From Thermomicrobium sp. (lineage in GTDB: Bacteria > Chloroflexota > Chloroflexia > Thermomicrobiales > Thermomicrobiaceae), in assembly GCA_041640735.1 (NCBI GenBank), contig JBEPZP010000001.1:1-32068 (forward strand): a stretch of 32,068 nucleotides of DNA. The letters are read 5' to 3'. The notes beneath the pieces are model-generated. The model did no database searches. It saw only the letters and a list, made by a program, of their open reading frames with translations, and was not told where the DNA came from. Positions 1 through 9,715 of the stretch are shown piece after piece; the stretch's first letter is position 1, and each line of letters begins with the position of its first letter. Made by a program: the position numbers and the translations under genes.

Positions 1-190
1 GGACGCTGGTCTCCTGCAGGCATCGCTCGCGCTCCGATGTTGCCCGTACGCTGGCGCGCCCCTCGCTCGTCGGTGTCCGTCGGTTTTTCTTCCTGGGGCC
101 GTCTTTCGCGGGCAAGTCGGAGCGGTGGACGAGCCCGTTTCGCCTGCTCGACCGGCGCAAGGTGGCTGTATCGCTGGAATGACGTCGATG

Positions 191-1033
191 TCAGGCGGCA
201 GCAGTCCGCGCGCGTCGCCGTCGGTAGACGAGGACGACGAGCGCCACTGTCAGCAGCGTCGGCACGCTCAGCCACCACGTCAAGACCACTGCCCAGACGG
301 CCCCATGGACGACCAGACGAAGCAGCACTAGCGAGGAGTCCCACGCTTGTCGAACGGTCTCCGCGAGGGGCGGCGGACTGGTCTGCACCGGAGGGACGAT
401 CAGAATACCGACCCGCGCGAAAGCGACACGCCGCTCGAGATCCAGTTGGTACGCAGCGATCCGCTCGAGTTCGGTTCGGACACGAGCGAGTTCTTGCTCC
501 ACCCGTAAGACTTCGTCGATCGTCGCGGCTCGCGCCAGGAGTCCCCGGAGACGCACCTCCGTCTCCTCGAGCGAGCGGCGCCGGGCAGCATAGTCGATCA
601 CCTCCTCGGTGACGTCCTGATCCCACAGACTGGTCTGCTGAACCCTCGTCACACTGTCCAGCGTCCCGACAGCGCTGAGTAACTCCTCGAGCCGGTTTGC
701 CGGTACGAGCAGGACGAGCGTCGCCTGATCGGGAACCCCCGCCCCACTTTCGGTCGTGATCATCGCTTCCGCAGTGTATCCTCCGAGCGAGGAAGCGAGT
801 GACTGGAGGGCCTGCGCTGCCCGCGGCACGTCCGAACTCTCCAAGACGAGTTCGGCTCGACGTGCGATCATGCGGCCAGGTGTAGGTGCCCAGGTCTCAC
901 TCACCGGTTCGGCGAGCCGCCCGATCGCCTCGCCCGGCGCCGCTTGCGGCGCTGGTGCACTACTCGGGGTCGCACGGCCGCACGCTGTCACGAGTATGAG
1001 GACGATGGCGAACACCACTGCACCGTCGCGCAT
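191..1033 (-). CDS. DUF4349-domain lipoprotein
   Basis: N-terminal hydrophobic stretch with lipobox-like LVTAC. 'RMIARRAELVLE', 'DVTEEVID', coiled coil 'IDEVLRVEQELARVRTELERI' and a C-terminal TM segment are typical of DUF4349. GGGGAG RBS upstream. Confidence 0.8.
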   Translation of the reverse strand: MRDGAVVFAIVLILVTACGRATPSSAPAPQAAPGEAIGRLAEPVSETWAPTPGRMIARRAELVLESSDVPRAAQALQSLASSLGGYTAEAMITTESGAGVPDQATLVLLVPANRLEELLSAVGTLDSVTRVQQTSLWDQDVTEEVIDYAARRRSLEETEVRLRGLLARAATIDEVLRVEQELARVRTELERIAAYQLDLERRVAFARVGILIVPPVQTSPPPLAETVRQAWDSSLVLLRLVVHGAVWAVVLTWWLSVPTLLTVALVVLVYRRRRARTAAA

Positions 1034-1149
1034 AGCTCCCCCTCTGAGACGGACGCTTTACGAGTCAGACGAGGGAGAAGCCGCGCGAGTTCCCGGCGAC
1101 GTGCCGGTCACGCGCAGGAGTACCGAGCACCTCAGACAGTCGTGCAGCC

Positions 1150-2007
1150 TCACAGGAGGACACGCTCGTACCGGCGGCTCGCGAGCACCTGCAGCACGAT
1201 GAGCCAGGCTCCGAGAACGACCCAATCGCGCACCGCCCCGAGTGGTGCGCCGTCGACTAGCACCGAGCGTAAAAGCTCCACCAAGTAGGTGAGCGGATTG
1301 ACGAGTGCGAGCACCTGCAACCAACCAGGCATCAGGTCGAGCGGATAAATGGCGTTGCTGGCAAAGAACAGCGGCATCGTCAGGACCTGCCCGATGCCCA
1401 TGAAGCGTTCCCGCGACTTCAGGAAGGTCACCAGGACGATCGACAAGCTCGCAAAGACGCTGGCACCGAGCGCGACCGCGACCACGCTCGTGAGCAGGCC
1501 CAACGGGTGGAGCCGCAAATGGACGCCGAGCACCACGGCAACGAGGACGACGACCAGCCCTTGCAGGACGGCGCGCAGACTCGCACCCAAGCCTTTCCCG
1601 GTCACGAAACTCGCCCGCGGTACCGGTAGGACCAGAATCTTCTGCAGGATCCCCGCATCACGCTCCCAGATGATGGCCAAACCGTAGAAGATCGACGTGA
1701 ACATCACCGACTGGGCGAGTATTCCTGGTGTAAGAAAGGTCAGATAATCGCCCGACACGTCGATGAGTCGAGCCCGCGCCACAGCCTGGCCGAAAATCGT
1801 CAACCACAAAATCGGTTGCAGAGCGCGCGTGACCACCTCCCAAGGATCGTGTCGTAGCTTGCGCGCCTCGACCTCGGCCACGACCACCGCTGCGCTGAGA
1901 TAGCCGAGCACGTGCTCGCTCCACGTCAGCGGACGGACGGCTGCCGCCAGGCGCTCCGCCAGATCAGCCGAACCGCTGGAGGCGTCGACGGATCTGCCTG
2001 ACCTCAC
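1150..2007 (-). CDS. ABC-2 type exporter permease (DrrB-like)
   Basis: 'YLTFLTPGILAQ', 'ERDAGIL', 'PLFFASNAIYP', 'NPLTY' and six TM segments. Start moved to GTG 2007, which follows a GGAGG RBS. Confidence 0.88.
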   Translation of the reverse strand: MRSGRSVDASSGSADLAERLAAAVRPLTWSEHVLGYLSAAVVVAEVEARKLRHDPWEVVTRALQPILWLTIFGQAVARARLIDVSGDYLTFLTPGILAQSVMFTSIFYGLAIIWERDAGILQKILVLPVPRASFVTGKGLGASLRAVLQGLVVVLVAVVLGVHLRLHPLGLLTSVVAVALGASVFASLSIVLVTFLKSRERFMGIGQVLTMPLFFASNAIYPLDLMPGWLQVLALVNPLTYLVELLRSVLVDGAPLGAVRDWVVLGAWLIVLQVLASRRYERVLL

Positions 2008-2758
2008 TGTAACTTCCTCCCGATTCGAGCACATCGCCGGTCAATGCCGTGAACACCTCGTCGAGCGTCGCTGCACCCCCGACGCGCGCCTTGAGCTCCG
2101 CGGGCGTCCCCAAAGCGACGAGTTTGCCGCGGTTCATGATCGCGACGCGATCACAGTACCAGTCCGCCTCTTCCATGTAGTGGGTCGTGACCAGGAGCGT
2201 CGTCCCGTCGCGTTCCCGTAGAGCAGTGAGCGCTTCCCAGACGGCTCGCCGAGCGGTCGGGTCGAGACCGACGGTCGGTTCGTCCAGGACGAGGAGAAGC
2301 GGTCGGTGCAGGATGGCTTGGGCGATTTCCAGCCGGCGTACCATGCCACCGGAATAGGTGCGCACCAGCCGGTCTGCGGCTTCCTCGAGTCGAACGAGTT
2401 GGAGGACGTCAGCGATGGCGCGCTCCCGTTCCGCCCGCGACATACGCAGGAGCTTCGCCACGATCAGGAGATTCTCGTACCCCGTCAAGGCGCCGTCAGC
2501 GGAAAGTGTCTGCGGGACGTACCCGAGCACGCGGCGAACCCGGACCGGATGAGCAGTGACATCTAAGCCAGCGACCCGCACCGTACCAGCTGTCGGCTTG
2601 AGCAGCGTAACGAGGACACGGATAGTCGTGGTCTTACCGGCACCGTTCGGTCCAAGAAGCGCGAACACTTCCCCAGCTTCGATTGCGAAGCTCAAGCGAT
2701 CGACGGCGAGGACCTCACCGAACCGCTGAACGAGGCCGTCCACTTCAACGAGGCGCAT
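1964..2758 (-). CDS. ABC transporter ATP-binding protein (DrrA-like)
   Basis: Walker A GPNGAGKTT, signature YSGGM, Walker B LLVLDEPT, H-loop TTHYMEE. Confidence 0.95.
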   Translation of the reverse strand: MRLVEVDGLVQRFGEVLAVDRLSFAIEAGEVFALLGPNGAGKTTTIRVLVTLLKPTAGTVRVAGLDVTAHPVRVRRVLGYVPQTLSADGALTGYENLLIVAKLLRMSRAERERAIADVLQLVRLEEAADRLVRTYSGGMVRRLEIAQAILHRPLLLVLDEPTVGLDPTARRAVWEALTALRERDGTTLLVTTHYMEEADWYCDRVAIMNRGKLVALGTPAELKARVGGAATLDEVFTALTGDVLESGGSYSEVRQIRRRLQRFG

Positions 2759-3203
2759 CGGTGCCCCCCTCCAGGCGCTCGGCGAACGCCACCAAACGAG
2801 CGAGCAGCGGCTCCAAGGTCGCCAGTTCTTCCGGGCTCAACGCCGCCAGCAGTTCGGTGAGATACTCGCGGCGTGCTTCCCGCCACGCCGCCAAACGGCT
2901 TCGTCCTTCGTTCGTCAGCGAGACGGTCACGACACGCTCGTCGCCGCCCAGCCCCCGTTCTCGCCGCACCAGTCCCATCCGTTCGAGGCGCTTGCAGGCG
3001 ACGGTGACCGACCCCGGGCTGACGCCGAGTTCACTGGCCAGTTCACCCACGCGCAGTGGCCCACGCACCCACAGTGTCTTCAGTAACCAGAACTGCTCAG
3101 GCGTCAATTCACCCTGGCGGACCGGATGCGTGCGGCGCCGGACGTGCTGTGCCAGCTCCAGGAGAAGCTCGGCGACGGTGTACCGGGGCTCCTGGTGTTC
3201 CAT
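2745..3203 (-). CDS. MarR family transcriptional regulator
   Basis: 'LTPEQFWLL', wHTH 'VGELASELGVSPGSVTVACKRLERMGLV', wing 'DERVVTVSLTNEG'. First gene of the exporter operon. Confidence 0.92.
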   Translation of the reverse strand: MEHQEPRYTVAELLLELAQHVRRRTHPVRQGELTPEQFWLLKTLWVRGPLRVGELASELGVSPGSVTVACKRLERMGLVRRERGLGGDERVVTVSLTNEGRSRLAAWREARREYLTELLAALSPEELATLEPLLARLVAFAERLEGGTDAPR

Positions 3204-3227
3204 GATCGATCCTTTCGTTCCTCGTGC

Positions 3228-3246
3228 ATTTTATACACTGAAATAT
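3228..3246. promoter_or_regulatory. AT-rich imperfect inverted repeat; candidate MarR operator overlapping a -10-like TAAAAT on the minus strand
   Basis: ATTTTATA-CAC-TGAAATAT in a GC-rich background, 25-43 nt upstream of the marR start, in a divergent intergenic region. Confidence 0.4.
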
Positions 3247-3305
3247 CTGCCGTGAGCGTGTGGCATACTGGAGGAGGCACGAAACCGCGTGCGGTGGAGG
3301 ATTCC

Positions 3306-4019
3306 GTGCTCGTCGTCCTGTTCGTTCTCGCGTTCCTGTTCCTCGGCCTGCTGGCCGCAGCGGTCGTGGTGGGGGTCACGCTTTCGTCCCTCGTGACGCT
3401 CGTCACCGCCCCGGGCCAGTTGAGCCGGTTGCTGCGTGATCGCCGCTTGCGACAAAACCACGCGTTGGAGCACGCGACGATCAATGTGCTCGAAGAACGG
3501 TTCGGCCCGAGCCGGCTCGCCGGTCTCGCCCGGCCGGACGGCTTCCTCATCTTCGGTGCCGTGTCGCCAGCCCTCGTGCTGGAGGCTGCCGAGGAGGCGT
3601 TGCAGCGCCTGCGCAGCGGTGAGCGCTGGCTCGCTATCCACCCACGCTGCGGAACGACACTCATTGCGAGTCAGCTGGTCCTGGGCATGACCTTTCTCCT
3701 CACCCTGCTCGTGTTGCGGCAGTTCTCCATCCTTCCTTTCGTCGTGGCACTCATCGCAGCGCTCCTGCTCGGTCCGCGGTTGAGCCCGCTCCTCCAGCGC
3801 TGGGTCACGACCGATGCCCAGGTGGACGACCTCGTGATCGAGGGACTGCAGCCCCATCTCGTCCCTCTCGGTCTACCCTGGACCACGATGCTGTTGCCGA
3901 TTCCCGGCGCTCTGCTCGTACGGACCACGCTGCGCGAGGAGCGCAACAGCGAGCAGGCACTGACGATCGTCATTCCGGGCGCGCCTCCGTACCGAGCAGG
4001 TTCTTACCGGATCGAGTGA
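3306..4019 (+). CDS. Membrane protein, DUF6391-like (NHALEHA and HPRCGT motifs)
   Basis: GTG at 3306 after GGAGG. TM segments plus conserved-looking 'RQNHALEHATINVL' and 'LAIHPRCGT'. Family name recalled, not searched. Confidence 0.65.
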   Translation: MLVVLFVLAFLFLGLLAAAVVVGVTLSSLVTLVTAPGQLSRLLRDRRLRQNHALEHATINVLEERFGPSRLAGLARPDGFLIFGAVSPALVLEAAEEALQRLRSGERWLAIHPRCGTTLIASQLVLGMTFLLTLLVLRQFSILPFVVALIAALLLGPRLSPLLQRWVTTDAQVDDLVIEGLQPHLVPLGLPWTTMLLPIPGALLVRTTLREERNSEQALTIVIPGAPPYRAGSYRIE

Positions 4020-4041
4020 CGCGGCGCACCTTTTGTCGTTT

Positions 4042-4050
4042 TGCTACACT
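4042..4050 (+). promoter_or_regulatory. Extended -10 promoter element for mnmA
   Basis: TGCTACACT (TGnTAnnnT) about 33 nt upstream of the ATG. Confidence 0.45.
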
Positions 4051-4082
4051 TTATCGGATGGCACGGCAGGTGGTGAGCGACG

Positions 4083-5192
4083 ATGACTGAGCGAGTGTTG
4101 GTAGCACTTTCAGGCGGGGTCGACAGCGCCGTTACCGCGCTGCTCCTCAAGCGTGCCGGGTGGGAGCCGATCGGCATCCATCTTCGTCTGTTCGATTCGG
4201 CACCCGACCTGGCGGGGGTCTGCTGCGGCGACCTCGCCGCCGCTGACGCACGTGCCGTGGCTGCCCAGCTCGGCATTCCGTTCTACGTGCGCGACCTGCG
4301 TCCGCAGTTCGAGCAGGACGTCGTCCAGCCCACAGTGGAGCACTACGCGCGTGCGGAGACACCGAATCCGTGCATCTACTGCAACCACCGTGTCCGCATT
4401 CCGGCCTTGCTCGAACTGGCCGACGCGCTCGGTATCCGCTACGTCGCCACCGGGCACTACGTCCGCAAGGTTCGGACCGCGGAGGGATGGCGGATCGCTG
4501 AAGCGCGCGACCTCCAGCGCGACCAGTCGTACGTGCTCTACCGCCTCACATCCGAGGAGCTCGATCGTCTCATCTTTCCGCTCGGCGAGTACGACAAGGC
4601 AACGGTGCGGCAGATCGCACGCGATGCTGGCCTCTTCGTCGCCCAAAAGCCGTCCTCAGTCGATCTCTGTTTCGCCAAGACCTACGGTGGGATCGGGCGA
4701 CTCGTCGCCCAGCGCCGGCCCGAAACCGGGCGTCCTGGTCCCCTCATCGACGAGCAGGGAGAGGTGGTCGGCGCGCACCCCGGCATAGCGTTCGTGACCA
4801 TCGGGCAGCGCCGTGGGTTGGACTGGCTTCGCCAGACTCCCGAGCGGCGCTACGTCGCGCGCATCGAACCGGAGACAGCAGTCGTCCACGTCGCACCGCG
4901 GGAGCGGATCTTGACTCGTGCCGTGCGTCTGAGCGATCCGATCTGGCACGAGCCCGTCACCGTTGCTGACGCCCGCATCCGCTACCAGGGTCCGCGGATT
5001 CCCGCTCGTGTCGAGGGGGACTGGGTCGTCTTCGACGACCCGGCACCACCACTGGCTGCTGGCCAGGCAGTCGTACTCTACGTCGCCGATCGCGTCGTCG
5101 GCGGCGGCACCGCAGCCGAAGTCGTGCGCACCGGGGAGACGGCACCTACCGGCGAGCGGGTTCCCGCCGACGCCGTCCTCACTCACTCCTGA
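4083..5192 (+). CDS. mnmA: tRNA 2-thiouridine(34) synthase MnmA
   Basis: PP-loop [47 protein letters not shown]. Confidence 0.95.
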   Translation: MTERVLVALSGGVDSAVTALLLKRAGWEPIGIHLRLFDSAPDLAGVCCGDLAAADARAVAAQLGIPFYVRDLRPQFEQDVVQPTVEHYARAETPNPCIYCNHRVRIPALLELADALGIRYVATGHYVRKVRTAEGWRIAEARDLQRDQSYVLYRLTSEELDRLIFPLGEYDKATVRQIARDAGLFVAQKPSSVDLCFAKTYGGIGRLVAQRRPETGRPGPLIDEQGEVVGAHPGIAFVTIGQRRGLDWLRQTPERRYVARIEPETAVVHVAPRERILTRAVRLSDPIWHEPVTVADARIRYQGPRIPARVEGDWVVFDDPAPPLAAGQAVVLYVADRVVGGGTAAEVVRTGETAPTGERVPADAVLTHS

Positions 5193-5662
5193 CGTCGCCA
5201 TTCTCCACTGCGCCCGCCGGTCTTGTAGACCAGCCGGATCGCTTCGATCGTCATGCCGCGGTCGACCGCTTTCAGCATGTCGTAGATCGTCAAGCCAGAC
5301 ACCGCGACAGCGGTCAGCGCCTCCATCTCCACACCAGTTCGGCTGACCGTCTCCACCCTGGCTTCGATGTCGATACACGACTCTGCTTCGTTCACGACGA
5401 GGTCGAGTTCCACCTTCGTCAACGGCAAGGGATGACAGAGCGGGATCAACTCTCCCGTCCGTTTGGCCGCCATGATTCCCGCGACGCGCGCCACGCCGAG
5501 CACGTCCCCTTTGGCCGCACGGCCCCCGCGCACCAGCTGCAGCGTCTCGGGCTGCAGGCGCACACGCCCCCGCGCAACCGCGACACGGTGAGTTTCGGGC
5601 TTTTCGCCCACGTCGACCATTCGGGCCTGGCCACGCTCGTCGAAGTGTGTGAGTTCAGCCAT
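5183..5662 (-). CDS. moaC: Cyclic pyranopterin monophosphate synthase MoaC
   Basis: '[18 protein letters not shown]', 'KGDVL', 'LIPLCHP', 'TGVEMEAL', 'IYDMLKAVD', 'KTGGRSG'. GGAGG RBS. Confidence 0.97.
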   Translation of the reverse strand: MAELTHFDERGQARMVDVGEKPETHRVAVARGRVRLQPETLQLVRGGRAAKGDVLGVARVAGIMAAKRTGELIPLCHPLPLTKVELDLVVNEAESCIDIEARVETVSRTGVEMEALTAVAVSGLTIYDMLKAVDRGMTIEAIRLVYKTGGRSGEWRRQE

Positions 5663-6160
5663 CGGTCATCCTCCTGCGGGAAGTGTTGCGCACGAGCGCG
5701 CCGTCGCAAAGAGCCCCATGCCCCCGTTGCTCCGGCACTGCCGAGGAGAGCGACGCACGGGCGCGTTTGCGGTCTATGGTACGCTCGATACTGTCGGACA
5801 CAACCGAACGTGAGCAGGAGACCCCTCTGCGCGATACCCGCCCTGGCGGGACCGATCCACGCGACTGGCGATGCCGATGTCCGCGGCCCGGCCTGCTGTG
5901 GGCGACTGCTCGCCCGCTCCGGGATCTCGCCACCGGGATCGGTGCACGTCCTCGGGTTCGAGGCATCGTTCGACTGCTGCATGCCCGCCCGCGTGCAGCA
6001 TCGGGTCAGCGCACACGCGCGCACCAGGATGGCCGCGGAAGCCGCTCCCGACTCGCTCGAGATCGTACGGACTGCGGGCGGACCGAGCTGTCGTCATTGC
6101 CGCCACTCGCGAGTTTCGCGCACCGCTGCGAGGCCTCTCCGCGATACAGCTCAGTACAGC

Positions 6161-6189
6161 GAGCGGAGCGGTCGTCACCCGCTCCGCTC
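6161..6189 (-). terminator. Perfect 11-bp GC hairpin downstream of the aminotransferase (no U-tract; possible terminator or RNA stabiliser)
   Basis: GAGCGGAGCGG (6161-6171) / CCGCTCCGCTC (6179-6189), 7-nt loop, about 35 nt past the stop at 6224. Confidence 0.45.
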
Positions 6190-6223
6190 CCGTCCCGCCT
6201 GCCGCCGACGCCTCCGGTCTTCC

Positions 6224-7591
6224 TCACACGACGGCACCGTCCAGCACGTCCGAGAGTGCCCCCGCGACGCCTTCGATCAACACGTCACACTCCTCACGCG
6301 TGATCGTCAACGGAGGCGCCATGACGATGCCGTCCCCGGTGCAGCGCACGATCACGCCACGGCGCCGCGTGGCAGCTTCCAGCTTCGGACCGAGCTTGAA
6401 TTCCGGCGGGAACTTCTCTTTCGTCTCCTTGTCCCGCACCACTTCGACGAGCAACATGAGCCCCTTACCGCGCACCTCGCCGACGTATGGGCGTTCCTCG
6501 AGTCGACGCAGTTCGCCCAGGAGGTACGCTCCGGCCTGGCCAGCGTTCTCCCACAGTCGCTCGGCCAGCAGGATATCCAGGTTCCGCAACGCCACCGCAC
6601 AGGCGACCGGATGACCGGAATAGGTGAACCCGTGCATGAACATCCGGTCGGCGCTGGCGATCGTGTCAGCGATCTCATCGCTGACGCCCACACCGCCCAA
6701 GGGGACGTACCCTGATGTGATGCCCTTCGCAAAGCTCACGATGTCCGGTACGATCCCGTATTGCTGCATACCGAAAAGCGTGCCGGTTCGCCCGAACCCT
6801 GTGATGACCTCGTCGAGAATCAGGAGAATACCGTATCGGCGCAAGACTGCCGCGACGGCAGGCCAATACCCTTCCGGAGGCACGACGACTCCACCGGCCC
6901 CTTGGACGGGTTCACCGATGAAGGCCGCGATCGTCTCCGGACCTTCCCGTTGGATGGTCTCCTCGAGTTCCTGGACCAGCCGAGCGACGAATGCATCCTC
7001 GGAGAGTCCCTCAGCGAAGCGATACGCATACGGCGCAGTCAGATGGATGAAGCCGGGTGGACGCGGACCGAATCCTTCCCAGTACGACGGGACGCCTGTC
7101 GCCGAAAGCGCACCCATCGCGATACCGTGGTAGGCCATCCGGCGCGAGAGGATCTTGACTCGGTCGGGTTGACCTTTCAGCCACCAGTAGTACCGCGCGA
7201 TCTTGATCGCCGTCTCGTTCGACTCGGCACCACCGGACGTGAACTGAAACACGTTGATGGGGGCGGGGAAGAGCTCCGCGAGTCGCGCGGCCAGTTCGAT
7301 CGTGGGTGGACTCGCGATGCCGAAAAAAGTGGGAGCGAAGGCGATCCGCTCCATTTGCATCCGAGCCGCTTCAGCCAGTTCACGTCGCCCGTGACCGATG
7401 TTGACGTTCCACAATCCGGCGAAGCCGTCGAGGTAGCGCCGCCCCTCAGCATCCCACACCCACACACCCTCACCACGGACCAGTACCAGCGGCCCCTCGC
7501 GCCGCAGTTGGTGCAAGTTGGTCAGGGGATGAAGGTGATGGCGCTTGTCCTTCTCGACCAAGTCGACGGCATTCCAGGTCTCGACTTGCAT
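6224..7591 (-). CDS. Class III PLP-dependent aminotransferase (omega/putrescine-pyruvate type)
   Basis: 'GLWNVNIGHG', 'SGGAESNETA', 'YHG', 'DEVITGFGRTG', PLP lysine in 'FAKGITSGY', 'HGFTYSGHP'. True start ATG 7591 after a G-rich RBS; the ORF-track extension is antisense to greA. Confidence 0.93.
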   Translation of the reverse strand: MQVETWNAVDLVEKDKRHHLHPLTNLHQLRREGPLVLVRGEGVWVWDAEGRRYLDGFAGLWNVNIGHGRRELAEAARMQMERIAFAPTFFGIASPPTIELAARLAELFPAPINVFQFTSGGAESNETAIKIARYYWWLKGQPDRVKILSRRMAYHGIAMGALSATGVPSYWEGFGPRPPGFIHLTAPYAYRFAEGLSEDAFVARLVQELEETIQREGPETIAAFIGEPVQGAGGVVVPPEGYWPAVAAVLRRYGILLILDEVITGFGRTGTLFGMQQYGIVPDIVSFAKGITSGYVPLGGVGVSDEIADTIASADRMFMHGFTYSGHPVACAVALRNLDILLAERLWENAGQAGAYLLGELRRLEERPYVGEVRGKGLMLLVEVVRDKETKEKFPPEFKLGPKLEAATRRRGVIVRCTGDGIVMAPPLTITREECDVLIEGVAGALSDVLDGAVV

Positions 7592-7712
7592 CGTGCTGCC
7601 CCCCTTGTACAGGACCACCCTCCCGATTGTTCCCGACGCGGCCTGACCGTGTCCACTCCACACGTCGCGCCCTCTTCGCCACCCAGGCCGCCAGGCTCCG
7701 CCGAGCGTCGCG

Positions 7713-7741
7713 TTGGCGCGTGGAACTGTCCACGCTATCAT
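7713..7741 (+). promoter_or_regulatory. Sigma70-like promoter for greA
   Basis: TTGGCG-N17-TATCAT. Confidence 0.45.
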
Positions 7742-7822
7742 TATCGTTCGCGTTCGAGAGCAAGTCAGCGACGCGAACGTAGCTGTTCCAGAAGCGGCAA
7801 CGTGCAGGAGGGCTAAACCAGA

Positions 7823-8293
7823 ATGACGCGAGAACGGATCCCGATCACCCGAGAAGGCTTGGAAGCGCTCCGGCAGGAGTACGAATACCTCGTCAAGCAT
7901 CGTCGACCAGAGATCGCGCGCATCATCCAGGAAGCCCGCGAGCACGGCGATATTCGCGAGAACGCTGCCTACGATGCTGCTAAGCACGACCAGGCCTTCA
8001 TCGAGGGACGCATCCGCGAGATCGAGGAACTGCTCAAGCGGGTCGAGCTGATCGAGGAACCGCGAGACGGTGACCGGTCGGTCGTGCGTGTCGGCTCGAC
8101 GGTGACGATCGAAATCGACGGGGAACTCGAGACGTACACGATCGTCGGGGCAGTCGAGGCCAAGCCGTCGGCTGGTCGCATCTCCAACGAGTCGCCAGTC
8201 GGTAAGGCATTGCTCGGTCACCGGGCCGGTGACGTCGTCACGATCGAGACTCCGAACGGCCGCATCACGGCTCGGATCGTCAACGTCGAGTGA
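7823..8293 (+). CDS. greA: Transcription elongation factor GreA
   Basis: 'ITREGLEAL', 'AREHGDIRENAAYDAAK', 'ISNESPVGKALLG'. AGGAGG RBS. Confidence 0.97.
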   Translation: MTRERIPITREGLEALRQEYEYLVKHRRPEIARIIQEAREHGDIRENAAYDAAKHDQAFIEGRIREIEELLKRVELIEEPRDGDRSVVRVGSTVTIEIDGELETYTIVGAVEAKPSAGRISNESPVGKALLGHRAGDVVTIETPNGRITARIVNVE

Positions 8294-8799
8294 GACGCGC
8301 ACCGATGCACGCCGGAGCGCTCCTCGGCCCCGATGATCTCGCACGTACGCTCGCGGCGCAGGGCGTTCGAGCCCGTGTTCTGCGGCTCGAGCGCCCAACA
8401 CGTACTGTCGCTGAAGCAGCCGCTGCGCTCGGCGTCGACGAACGTACCATCGTCAAGTCGTTGCTCTTCCGCAGCGCGGAAGGACAGTTCGTCCTGGTCG
8501 TAGTCCGCGGAGACCAACGAGTCGATCCGGTACGGCTCGCGCAGGCGATGGGTCACGCCAAGCTCGTGTTGGCGTCACCTGAGGACGTCCTCGCCGTCAC
8601 CGGTTACCCCGCCGGGGCCACGCCACCGGTCGGCCATCGTACCGCGCTGAACGTCGTCGTCGACCCGGGAGTCCTGGAAGAACCGGTCGTCTACGGAGGG
8701 GGTGGCGACGAACGCAGCCTGCTCGAGATCGCGCCGGACGACGTGGTTCGATTGACGGGGGCGATCGTCGTCCCCGTCGCCAGGGAGTCTCAGCGGTGA
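8290..8799 (+). CDS. YbaK/EbsC family aminoacyl-tRNA deacylase
   Basis: 'TVAEAAAALGV', 'IVKSLLF', 'TGYPAGATPPVG', 'VYGGGG'. GTGA overlap with the greA stop; alternative start ATG 8305. Confidence 0.88.
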   Translation: MRRAPMHAGALLGPDDLARTLAAQGVRARVLRLERPTRTVAEAAAALGVDERTIVKSLLFRSAEGQFVLVVVRGDQRVDPVRLAQAMGHAKLVLASPEDVLAVTGYPAGATPPVGHRTALNVVVDPGVLEEPVVYGGGGDERSLLEIAPDDVVRLTGAIVVPVARESQR

Positions 8800-8800
8800 C

Positions 8801-9682
8801 CTACCGGCGCTGTTCTCCCCGCCGGGCTAAGAACTCTTCCACGGCTTCGAGCGTCGGCACAGCATCCGGTCCGACACCCTGCACCTTCAAGGCTGCCGCG
8901 GCAGCCGCCATTTTCGCTGCCCACAAGGTCGGTTCTCGGCGTGCCCGCAAGGCGAAGAGCACTGCAGCGAACACATCGCCAGCCCCGGTCTCGTCCGCCA
9001 CCTGTACCGGGTACGCCGGAATCTCGTAGGCACGACCACGGTCGATGACGGTCGCTCCCTCGGCACCCCGGGTAATCGCGACCAGTCCGCGTTGCGCGAT
9101 CGCCTCGATCTCGTCTCGAGCCAATGTGTGCTCGAGCGTGCTGAGCACGAATCCATCGACCCGCGTGACGAATTCCAGGGGCAAACGCAACTGGATCAAA
9201 CGAACGCGACCACCTTGGCGCGGCCACTGCCGCATCCAGCCTTGTGGGGTCGTACCGAGAAACTCCGGACTCACGCGCCCGGCCTGGCGAGGATCGATTT
9301 CTTGGGCAACGGGAGCGAAGTGAATGATCGGCGCAGAACGCCACGTCGGTGGTAACCCGCTCAGGTCGATCGGACCGGCCCAGGAGTGGATCGTCTGCTC
9401 ACGACGGCCGGCCAGGATGCGATTGGTGAAAACGGTGGGGACAGCGCTCTCCTGTACGATCATCGCAACTTCGCGGGAAAAGCGCGCAAGGTCCTCCAAA
9501 ATCGCATCGCCGTAGGACTCGAAATTGCCGCGGGTGAGGATAGCTGCTTCCAATCCCAAGCGGGCAGCTGCCAACGCTGCATACAGCGCGGTCCCACCGA
9601 GCCGAGGTGCACCGGTACGTGGATCGAGGTCGACGGTGACGTGGCCGATAGCGACGTACTGTGGCGTGCGCGGGGAACCCAC
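8801..9682 (-). CDS. PfkB/ribokinase family carbohydrate kinase
   Basis: 'GHVTVD', 'LGGTALYAALAAARLG', 'TRGAEG', PfkB signature 'DETGAGDVF'. Confidence 0.88.
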   Translation of the reverse strand: MGSPRTPQYVAIGHVTVDLDPRTGAPRLGGTALYAALAAARLGLEAAILTRGNFESYGDAILEDLARFSREVAMIVQESAVPTVFTNRILAGRREQTIHSWAGPIDLSGLPPTWRSAPIIHFAPVAQEIDPRQAGRVSPEFLGTTPQGWMRQWPRQGGRVRLIQLRLPLEFVTRVDGFVLSTLEHTLARDEIEAIAQRGLVAITRGAEGATVIDRGRAYEIPAYPVQVADETGAGDVFAAVLFALRARREPTLWAAKMAAAAAALKVQGVGPDAVPTLEAVEEFLARRGEQRR

Positions 9683-9715
9683 GCGACTCGTCCTTCCGAG
9701 CCGGATGCACGACGA

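Noticed and set aside
1-23. Possible minus-strand gene start (ATG at 23, GGAG at 32-35) running off the window edge
   Set aside because: Only seven codons are visible, so it cannot be supported or identified.
5663-5790. Moco riboswitch upstream of moaC
   Set aside because: The position is suggestive, but I could not find the motif's characteristic conserved elements by eye. A covariance-model search is needed.
7592-8401. 270-aa N-terminal extension of the aminotransferase in the ORF track (725 aa)
   Set aside because: It is the antisense shadow of greA/ybaK. Family similarity begins at MQVETW (7591), which has its own RBS.
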